DNA of 64,000 bases, taken from Gnetum montanum. Lineage: Eukaryota > Plantae > Gnetophyta. A program made the position numbers and the translations under genes. Positions 53,801-64,000 of this stretch are shown piece after piece. Location: assembly GCA_015680685.1 (NCBI GenBank), contig MNCI01002597.1, forward strand, positions 243,845-307,844. The letters are read 5' to 3'. The notes under the pieces were generated by a model. It made no database searches. It saw only the letters and a list, made by a program, of their open reading frames with translations, and was not told the DNA's origin. Numbering within the stretch: the stretch's first letter is position 1; the number at the start of each line of letters is the position of its first letter.

Positions 53801-56800
53801 GAACTAAGGTGTTGATGTATGAGCTTATAAGCAACTCATCCTTAACCATTGACGATCTAGTAAATATAGATGCAAAAAATTTTTGTAAACCAGAAAAAAC
53901 AAGCGTAGCTTGTCCACAATGAATGCACAGATAGATTACTACATATCAAAGGCACCCTTGACTACCTTTTAGTAACATTTAAGAAATCATTGCTGAACAT
54001 ATGAACAAGGTAAAGATGACAATCATATTTCTTGTGTCATCTATGGTTGCATCATCTAGAGGGAGCACTTCATGAGGTGGGGAGTGGGGGGTGGTGGGGA
54101 GGCTTAGCAAGGCTGGGAGGTGTAGGCAATGCTAGAGGATGCACAGTGGCATCAGGGCAATGACTGACAGGACCTAAACGTAGGTAGTGCAAACCAACCA
54201 CTGAACGCTGGGCATGCCAAGACTGTGCAGGAGGCTGTGCAGGAGGCTGCAATGGTGGTAAGGCTTCAAGATCAAGGGAACAATCCAAAATGATTGCACA
54301 GGGTTTCAAGATTGGGGATTCTAGGGTCACAAACACCCTCAAGTGGATCTTTGTGGGCATTGTTGTATGTGCTAACCATGCATGCATGTAGGAAACCAAG
54401 GAGCTCTGAGAGGAAGAAACTATTAAAGAGTTGGGTAATGATTTTGCTCTAGAGGAAAAAGAGGAGACACTGCATGATGTGATGCCAGATTGGATCTAAC
54501 AAAGAAAGGCGCACAAATATGCCCATACCCTTGTTGGCCTATTTTCAAGCTAAGTTCTGAGTCTGAAACAAATCACCCAATGGACACATAAGATGTGACC
54601 CGAATATGCTTTGGAAACAGCCATACATGATGTCCTATCTTTCTTGAAAAATGGATGCCAAAGAGCTCTTTGAACAAATCTAAGAATCAAAGGTTGGTGT
54701 GATCTTTCCTAGTTTGGATAGGACTGCCAGGATTCCCGATGGAGCTGTGGGATAATGAGGTTTTTCTGTTTATTATCTGCCTGTTCAGAGAAATGATTGC
54801 CATGGACAATGCCACTGCATCAAAGTCCCACCTCCTTGACATACAAATTAGCATCTATATGCAACTCCACACCAAGCTACAAAAGGAAATTTGGTTTGAA
54901 GGATCACAAGGCAACATCACGCAAGAGAAATTATTGGAGAACTTCCCCAACCACTGCTGTTTTTGCCCCGAATTGGGCCATATTGGCCATCAATGCCCTG
55001 ATCAACCCACCAACCACTGACAGAGCACTAGGGGAAAACGCTCAAACAAGGCTCACAGCAAAAGGTCTAGGTGGAAGCCCCCAAGCTCAGTGTCTAAACC
55101 ACGACTGCATTGGAGTCAAAGAAATCAATAGAGGAAACAACACATGTACAACCAGAGCCAAATGTCAAAAAGGCAAGCACTCCAAATGAAATTCCAACAC
55201 TGCAAATAGATATGCATGCACTGGAGTAACGGTGCAAGCAGCTCAAATGCCAACCACATGACCCCTGAAGTATGTAAATATGCTAAAATTTCATACCCAT
55301 GGGATAAGCATCTGGGAGCAAGATCGACTCCCACAACCTATTTCACAAGCAGCCACGAGAACCCTAGGGCCTTGGTTTGAAGGGTGTGGATCATGCTCAT
55401 GCAACAGCAAGTGTAGAAGTGGAAGATGGGGGCAGCAACATGGAGATCCATCCCTTGGTTGGCAGACCTCCCCATGAGGAACGATGAAACAGACAGACAA
55501 AGTGCAACATTACAGATAGCGCCCAAGCCACCTTAGATGGCCCAAGCAATGCACATAGATTTGAGAAACAGCATGAAAGTCCTTTCATGGAATATGGGTG
55601 GGCTGAATAGCCCAAGTCAAATCAAAGAAATGTTTGAGATTGCAAATAAGCTTGGACTTGATTTCCTATGTCTGCAAGAAACCAAATGGAACTTGCAAAT
55701 TCCCCACTTGACCTCCAGGTGGCAGTGTTGTGCTATCCCACAAAGCATGGGACTTGCTTTCATGCAACAATCATACTTGTTACCAATCCTGTGCAACCAG
55801 GACTCCACATGCCTATGTAAATGGCAGGTCCTTTTGACTGTTAATGTTTATGTTCCTTCCATGAAAGAGGGTCATACTGACATTGGTCAAGAAATAGCAG
55901 AAAATGTGAGAAAAGGCCATTTTGCATTGGTCATTGGAGACTTCAATGCAATGGAAGTCCTTGGCACGTGATCCGCATGCCTCATGTCTTCAACAAAGCA
56001 CAAGGTTTTTGACATTATGACATGTAGATTGGGCCTGATCCAACTTCCACTCATGTAGATTATAACATGGATATTACAAATAATGCTTATAATGACATTA
56101 TGACATGCATATTGGCAGGCAGGAATATTAACAATTCAATCATTGTTATGCATGAGAATATCAATTGGGCACATAACACTAGGAAGAAGCTCATCGTTAT
56201 CAAATTGGATATTGCAAAGGCATATGATAATGTCAGCTAAGAGGTGGAGCTAACAGTGATGGCAGTTCTAGGCTTCTCGTCATAGTGGATGCAACATATT
56301 TGCTTCATCCTTGAATATACTATCCACATTAATAGAAAACAATCTATTTGGTTCATGCTAAGGAAGGGGATACTCTTTCATCATATCTCTTTACCATACT
56401 CTCAAAGTGCCTAGATGTGTGTCTTTAAAAGATTAGAGTGCAGAACCCACTCCCCTAAGAAGGACACATACAAAAGTCTGCAAATGACATGATTATTGTC
56501 CTAAAAGCCAATATCCCAAAATGTCAAAAGCTCGAGGAGGACCTTGAACTGTTCTCCCACTTATGTGGACTTAAATAGTCTAAATCAGTAGTTAATGGCA
56601 TTGATTGTCCCACTGAAAGGCTCCAAACACATTGCCACATTGCTAGGCACTATAGTAAAGCCTCTACTTGATTATTATCTCTGCATGCCCCTCTTTCATG
56701 ATCGTCCATGAGCCCACATGTGGGATCCTATTATTGCTTGGATTAAGGCAAAGCTTACTTTATGGAAAGGAGTACTCCTCTACTCTACTCTACTAGAAAG

Positions 56801-59800
56801 CTGTTGCTCGCCAAAATGATTTTGCAGGCGATTCTCCCCCACCCACCCTCCCACCCCACNAATATTGATACCATTATTCGGGATTTAATATGGCAAGGAA
56901 CTAAGACTTAAAGGTGTATGCATTTAGTTTCATAGGAAAAGGCTACAAAACCGAAGCAATATGAAGGGTTGGGAATAATTAGCTTGCATAAAATCATCCT
57001 CAAATAGTTAGAATAGATCATGTTGGAGCTGGAGGTAGGGGGGCCACACAAGCCCATGTGGCATGCTATTTCCCACAAAATATATGGTAATAGTTGGCTA
57101 GTTTCACACAAGAGAGCATTGTGGTTTGCTTAGCAAATTGCTAAAGCATGGAAAGAAATCCAAAAGGTGATTTTTTGGCTCCATCCCCCCAATCACTTTC
57201 TTTGTAGTGAAATCAACGAGCATAGGGATATGAGGGCCCCCCAACGGCTACATGGCCAAAAGCCATCTCATGGATCATGCAAATGTATGGACCGTCAATT
57301 AGTGGTTTTCAAAGGATGTGTAAGCAATACTACCATTATGGTTTGGCACTGTTTCCAATTGCGTTGAGAGATGACCTAGCACTTATGAGCTAAACTTGGA
57401 TTGGGAACTACAATAATAATGACCTAGGTGAGAGCTCTAATGGACTAGGCAACAAGATCTAGCCCCCACTCAAAAAAGCAAAATTTCCACCCAAGATTGG
57501 GCACAACACTAGTTTGGCCATAAGGATAGCATTCGTGATAAAACATGGAGGGTCCCCACCATCCCTAAGATTAAAGTGTTCCTTTCGATTTTGTCTTCCA
57601 ATGGCTCCCTCACTTGGGTATATCCTTTGGTGCAAGGCCAGGGCTAGGATACTATGTTTTGTGTACAATGAAGAAACTACCATACATCTTTTCTAGGACC
57701 ATGCATTTACATGACAAGTTCAGGGCATCCTTGATACCATCGCCAGCACTTATATTGGTGAGCAAGTGTTCACCACATGTAATGTCATGCAAGGAGGTAA
57801 GCAAGTAGTAGTGTTGAGGAGAACTCTTGAATGCTCCTGCTCAAGGTACAACTCCTAGAACTCCATGCCCAAGGACTATACTAGTAGCAAGGACTCTCCA
57901 CCATAGAGAGACAAGACTCCTCAGCACCATGGTGACATACAATCCAATGACAACAAACCTTGCACTAGACTCCAACGAAGCATGCAATGCACAACAATTG
58001 CCCACATTGATCTTGCAATGGAAACCCACCAAACCTCCCACCCCCACCCCCCGAGAACATTCTTGCATCATCCCCCAACCCACCATCTAATCTATATCCC
58101 CTCTCCCCACCCATGAGCCCCACAGGCCTAGTTTGCCCACCCTTGGATCTGTCATACCCCCTGATGACTTACGAGTTCACAACTCCCCTCACTCATTTGG
58201 CCACTGCTACTCCTAAAACATCTTGCCAAAGATCCTTGCCTACTAAAAGATGATTGTCTAACTAAGTGTTCCACCTTAGTTCTGTCTCATGAATCCCTTA
58301 AGTTTTCAAGAGGGACCTAGGAGTTATCAGGGGAAACAAACCTATGCACTCTAAGGATTTCCTTCCCCTTCTTGACATCACCCAAGATCAAGAAGCTATC
58401 AAGTTGCACTTGAGCCATGCTACTGATTACTCTTTGTTCCAGAAAGATGTCCTTGCCCCTTATAGCTAAACAACAATTTGAATGTGGACATTTTTGAGCG
58501 GCTAGATTGGGCTAACCAGTATAGCCCCCCACCAGCCGCTGATGATGGAGTGACGTAGTTTCCCTGGTGTTTCTCAGCATTGGTGACTTGGTGCCTTTTT
58601 TCTAATCTGTTTTATTTGTCTTTGGTGTGGTGTTGCCTAGGTAGATAACATGTTTTGCTTGTCTTGTCTGAATTTTGCCCAGATTGTTTTTCCCCGGCAG
58701 GGAGTTTGTTGGGCATAGACATAACTTCTGATTTCAATTTTCACATTTTTCTTTCTATCAGGTGCTTAGCTAGACCTGCTTGTGCTGGCCTTCCTGCAGC
58801 CTCTGTACATATGTATTTCCTTGATTAATACAACCTTTTTTGACCTTTGTCCAAAAAAAAAGTTGAAGACGACAATACGGGGTCAAAGAAATCCTATAAT
58901 TTTTTAAAGCCAAGTGAAACATCAGAAAATACGCATTTGCAAGAAACATGTTAAACTTTATTAAAGCTATACTAATACACAAGCTTATATGTTAATATAA
59001 AATCTAGGAATCAGATTAATCTTAATAAGGTTCGATCAAAATTTTTAAATTCACACAATTACATTCATAAATAAATATCATTGAATTATTGAAACTGAAT
59101 TTGCAATTACATACGGAAAATGATCCCATAGTTCTATTCAGAAGGATAATCCTACAATTCAATTCAATTGAAATTTTCATCCATGTAGTTGCCCAAGCCT
59201 AGACCAAGAAGCTGGAAAAATGAAACAGATTTTTAGCTATTTTTCTTCATTTTTTCAGAGACAAAAGGATATTCTAAGAACATGTGATATTCTTCCTTAA
59301 TTGTATTCTTCCGAATAATACAATTTGTAGCATGCTAAAAGAAACAAACCATAGGCAGGTACCCTACCCTTCCCCAATCAAAAAAGAAAAAAAATGGCAA
59401 TTTTATCATCTACAAATGTTGTTTACAGAATTGTTGTCTATTCATGCTATAAATTAAAATAATCGAATCTCGTTCAAGATCAGCTAGAATAAATTAAAGT
59501 TTCCTATAAATAGTATGTTATTCTGTTTGTTTGTGACCATATCAAGAAAAAACACTTATTTTAATGTTTATTAGACACATAAGGATCATCCAGAAAGCTC
59601 TATATATCATATTGTGAATCAATGCCAAGGATCACACTGTATGAAGTGAATGTTTAGTCAACCAAATCAGTTGAAATCTTTGCTGCAAACCTAAATACTT
59701 GAATACGTTTTAACTATCTTTTGATATATGTTTCTGTTCCCAAACATGAGATATGCAAAATCAAGTTTCCAAACTCCCGAGTTTTTAACAAGCTTCTTTT

Positions 59801-61142
59801 ATTTTCTTTTTGGCAAACTTGTTACAAGAAATGAGATCTTAACAAAGAACAACCTTGAAAAGATAAATTGAAAAACTGAGTTCAGACATTTATTACATGA
59901 AAGAAGAAGTCGGGTGATCATTTTCTTAATATGATCTAAATATGAAAATATATAAACGAGAAAATCCCAAGAAAAAACACACAACATCTAAGATAACCTT
60001 CCAAACAATGTACCAGGAATAAAGCTAGGCAATGTAGCCAACGTACTGAAATTTCCATAGTTTACCAAGATGCAAGGCACTTTCTAAAGTTACATGAAAC
60101 AACAAAATTTACTAGAAAACTAAGGAAATTGACTTAGTAAGAGTATTTAAAAGAATTCTATTATTCATACCGAAATGACAGAATAGGATAGAAAGCCCAA
60201 AACTGTTAAAAGGAAAATTAAGGACCTCCTGAAATAGGAGAAAAAGCATGCAAAGTCATGTTTAAGACAATAATAAATATAGAAAACGATGGTAAAAACT
60301 TCATAATAATAGAATACTGATGAAATAGGTTATGAGAGCGTTCCAATTTTACTTGTGAGACACAAACAATTTATGAGTACCCTCCTAGAGCACTACAGTA
60401 CTACTAAAAGCATCCAAACCTTGGGAATCATCAGTTTTTTAAGGATGGGGTAAGACACTGCCATGCAAACTTTGCAACAAATTCTTGTAAGCAAATAAAT
60501 TATTAATACGGAATTCCATGGGTATATTTCTTTGTTGACATGATCCAATATTGTGAAATTTAAGTAGAAGGCATCTAAATCCATCGTTGATTTTAGTTAA
60601 TTTTCATTTGACTTGATTTAACTTAAATGGACTCTTTTTGATTATGGGGTTAACCTGAAGAACTTTACTCTGATTTCACATTACTTTGTTGTGACAAATG
60701 TTAACTTTCCACAAACTTCTGCAGCTAAACATTTTAAAAGCCTAAATTATGTTAATCTTTCATTTAGTCTACATTTTTTGCAACTTTCACCTCTCAATCA
60801 TTTTATGGGAATCATGCACATCATACCCGAAAAATAACCTTGACATCTAAAATATTTATATTAATCATTAGCTTGTAATACCCATTGTTCCAGAATGATG
60901 TATAAACCAAAATAGACATAAAATTTCTTAAAAACTGACTTCACGTCCAAGGAATACGGCCAGTCTTAAAAAGAAAATCACACCTCAAGATACAGAATTT
61001 CCTGAGCGAGCTTCTGAAGTTCTGCAAGCTTCTTATGTTTGCCACGGACATCAGCTTCAAAGGGACCAGACGCCTGCCTAGAATCCGCTGATGACCCATT
61101 TTCTATTTCGCTGCTCTCACCCCTCTCTGTACCTTGCTCCAT
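47868..61142 (-). CDS. Heterotrimeric G-protein gamma subunit, type A (AGG1/AGG2/RGG1-like), 113 aa. Exons 61142-60984, 48238-48186, 48094-48050 and 47952-47868
   Basis: Spliced product MEQGTERGESSEIENGSSADSRQASGPFEADVRGKHKKLAELQKLAQEILYLE|EELEELDKVERATSACKE|MLLLIDNRADPLLPV|TKGPENPAWDRWFKGPVEPEGCKCWIF*. It has the GKH coiled-coil start, DPLLP, WDRWF and a CxC/CaaX end. All three introns are GT-AG and in phase. Confidence 0.95.
51683..52730 (+). mobile_element. Possible LTR-retroelement remnant (LTR-like segment plus T-rich leader), boundaries approximate
   Basis: Short TTTG(A/G)CATCA repeats upstream of CTATAAATA (~51979), followed by a T-rich tract. No TSD or PBS confirmed. Confidence 0.3.
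54024..58859 (+). mobile_element. Decayed L1-type LINE, antisense within the long G-gamma intron
   Basis: ORF1 remnant WIGLPGFPMELW and knuckle CFCPELGHIGHQC. ORF2 APE motifs MKVLSWN.GGL, LCLQETK and IGDFNA. RT motif KLDIAKAYDNV. Poly(A) at 58853-58861. Degenerate 17-bp TSD AAGGTAAAGATGACAAT (54007-54023) / AAGTTGAAGACGACAAT (58860-58876). Confidence 0.88.
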
Positions 61143-63219
61143 CTTAATGAAAACGAAAAAGGGACAGAAAAAATCCGTAGAGAAAATCAAAGCAAGCAAA
61201 CACAGTGAAGAAGACCTAAACAATCCCTACAAGCATTGTCCTCCCTTGCTAAAACCCTCGCAGAACCAACATAGGCCAGCATTCACCTCACGTAGCATAC
61301 TCAAGCATACAACAGCATTAACCTAAGGCTCTGCACTAAGAAACTAGAAGTTGACTGATTATAACTCGAGACTTTGGCTACCTCTACAAACTAAAATCAG
61401 TTCTTAAGTCACAATGGTTCTGCAATGGTCAATTGCAAGAACACTGCGCAGCCTTCTGCCGAGGAAGGAACTTTCACATTCTCGTGTATTGATAATGCTA
61501 ATACAGCGCTGTTGGCTGGCTCTGCAACTGCCTTTGTCGTCGCAGCTTATCAAAATTCGCCCTGCGCAAGCTTCCTGCCTTCCTCTGACAATAAAGTTAT
61601 CTTGGGAGCCTTGTCGCATGCAATACAGTTTTCCTTTGCAACAAGCCGTCACATCCACTGCCTTTTCCTGTCACATGCAAATCAAAATATAAGAGCGCGG
61701 GGCAAATTTGGGCCACTAGTTCCCGAATTTTGAGTGCAACTGCCAAAAAACAAAAAAACAACTGCTTGCTCCAGCCTTGGGTTTTGGAAAATGCAGAAGA
61801 AAACAAAAAAAATACAGTGCTGTGTTTATTTTAAGCACTAGAAAGAAAGTTTGAAAATGAGTGTGCCCACAAACACGGAAGTTGCCATGTGATATCTTTT
61901 GGTCACGTGATGTACATACCTTGTCTTAAACTACGATAGTGCAGCGGTGCCAGATATGAACTGCAAATTACGAATTTACAAAATTTGGTGGCGGAAACTC
62001 TACTTAAAAAGAGGGGAAAAAAAACAAAGCGGGACAGTCACAACTGCATAAACAATTTAGTTGTATTTGTTGAGATTTTATTACTAAATAAGTCTTATTG
62101 AATCAGTTTAATTTCAATTGTGAAACAATTTCCCAACTAGAAATTGCTGGCAGATTAAATTGGGTAAAATCCGAGGAACTTTGGAGCTTCGGCCATTACA
62201 AAGTTAAGTTAATTGGTTAACAAGGCGGATTTATGTGTCCAAGGAAGATAATTGAGGTTAAATGATAAGGAAGTCTAAACGTATGTTAATGTAACAAAGT
62301 TGCCTCAACGTCGGGAATTTTTGGGAACTTTTTGGGATGTAATGGATGAGGGTGGAAGACCCAAGGACAATGCCTACTAACAACCCAACGTCTTGCTTCT
62401 CTTCTCTACTAAAAAGGGAACCCAAAACATAAGACAATCACATAAGTCTTGAACACACCTTTAGTGGAAATATCTATGACTCCAACAAGGAACAACTTCA
62501 AAAGTTTTTTGATATTTTAGACCCACCTTATAATGTAACATTGGACAAACCTGGACAAACCCTATTTACTAAGTAATTCTAGAGAAGATGGTGCTCTCAA
62601 CATGTTTTGATAAATCTATTACATAAACAACTTCTTATCTATAGTACATGAACAAGACTACCTACAAGAAAAGATCAAAGCTACTAGAACTAACTAAGAG
62701 ACATAATCGACTTTAGAAATTTTGTGCTAGTTGCTAAATTAAAAAAGAATTTTTCAAACTTGAGGTTTCTCCCTAAAGCAAAACCATCATCAAAGTTGCA
62801 TTGATTCAAACATCAATTATGATATAGAAAGGCCACCATTCCACACTGTTGATCAGCATCACAATAAAGAAGATAAAAGATAGAAGGTCTTGCCCACCAT
62901 CATATCAAACAATAGGACCAAAAGCTAGGTGAATGTGTATCCTTAGAGGGAATCACAATTTGAAAATTTTATTGGTTTACAAATAAGTCATGCAACACTA
63001 TTCTAAGTATTACATTGTGTATTCAACCCTAGTTTAGGAAATAAAAAGGGTCGCTTCTCAACATTAAACTAAACCATTGGCAATGGTCATACAAATGATA
63101 TATAATGATAATCAACTAGAGGCTTAATGCTTATCCCACTAAGGCAAGGTCCTTGAAGGACTAGTGGATGAGTGAAAGTCTAACCTCTTTCGACTGGTTG
63201 CACTTAGGCTTAGCCCAAG

Positions 63220-63809
63220 TGATGAGTGGCAAGGTATCCCTACACTCAACCATACGAATACGAGCGTTACACTCGCGATCCAGTCGAACTCCGCAGACGA
63301 ACTAGTTGTGGCATCTAGATAGTTAGCCTTAGGTTGTAGTTCGCTGTCTTCCCACCTGGACTAGTATCAACTGTGTCGCATATGGTTTAGTCCAGGGTGA
63401 GGTGTATGATATGGTTTCTAACCTAATGCTACTCCTGAAGGCAATGGAAGTTAATATTAACTAAGCTAAGAGAGAAAGGGTGAGAGAGAATCTAGCTAGC
63501 CTAAGTGCGATGAGCATCTATTCCTTGATTATCCGTACACATCTTGGACTTCGTGCAGGACTACCACTGGGATTACCAAGTGCAGATCCTAGGTACGCTA
63601 CTGGGTTACCAAGTAGTCACACTTAAATGCTCGTGATCAAGTCGTACTCATTCCGTGTTACTAGGAGATAAGGGTGAGAGATATTAACTAAGAAAGCAGT
63701 AAACAACGATTAAATAATTAATTAATTAAACTAAGTGAATGCTGTTGCAATGATGAAGTAATCTCGATCTTTATTTTCGGTCATGTGCGTGTCCAAGTAC
63801 GTCACACTC
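63220..63809 (-). repeat. Athila-like family LTR, interrupted at 63810
   Basis: Begins TGATGAGTGGCAAGGTATCCCTACACTCAACC and is closely colinear with 26768-27353. Confidence 0.88.
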
Positions 63810-64000
63810 TGATGAGTGGCGAGGTACCCCTACACTCCACCATACGAAACGAGCGTACACGCGCGATCCGGTCGAACTCCGCAGACTAAATGCCTTAACG
63901 CCACAAGAAACACTTGGGGTTAATCGTTCGTTGTCTTCCCAGGCTTGCTTGTATGTGTCATGGTGTATGGTTAAGCAAGTCTGAGGTATGTGATTTTTTT
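63810..64000 (-). repeat. Second LTR of the same family nested in the previous LTR (runs off the right edge)
   Basis: A new TGATGAGTGGCGAGGTACCCCTACAC starts in mid-LTR, after CACTC. Confidence 0.8.

Noticed and set aside
61404-61806. Cluster of overlapping 70-100 aa ORFs
   Set aside because: No motifs. Better explained as the G-gamma 5' UTR or promoter region.
62280-63219. Probable retroelement-derived non-coding DNA
   Set aside because: No termini, PBS or coding motif could be fixed, so it was left unannotated.

Overview
Land-plant nuclear DNA from a draft assembly (one 151-N gap plus isolated Ns). The taxon cannot be determined from sequence alone. Bases 1-28.6 kb are a nested stack of decayed Ty3/gypsy LTR retrotransposons: three Athila-like elements (A, B, C; tRNA-Asp PBS where it survives), one non-autonomous element with a tRNA-Asn PBS (Tat-like, element T) and several solo LTRs with target-site duplications. 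Bases 29.7-40.1 kb hold a tandem pair of LRR-XII (FLS2/EFR/Xa21-type, non-RD) receptor kinases. One is intact (969 aa, 2 exons). The other is a frameshifted pseudogene whose 5' end has been replaced by foreign DNA that ends in a decayed inositol-transporter fragment. Bases 46.4-61.1 kb hold a small 2-exon single-pass membrane protein gene, convergent with a heterotrimeric G-protein gamma subunit gene (4 coding exons, 113 aa, CaaX end) whose 12.7-kb intron contains a decayed L1 LINE. The window ends in nested Athila-like LTRs. I found no clearly new biological system. The best leads are the INT/LRR-RLK chimeric junction, the interchangeable palindrome-rich U3 modules of one LTR family, a templated-insertion repair scar on an RT active site, two gag-retaining pol-less retroelements, and two candidate unannotated spliced antisense or divergent transcripts.
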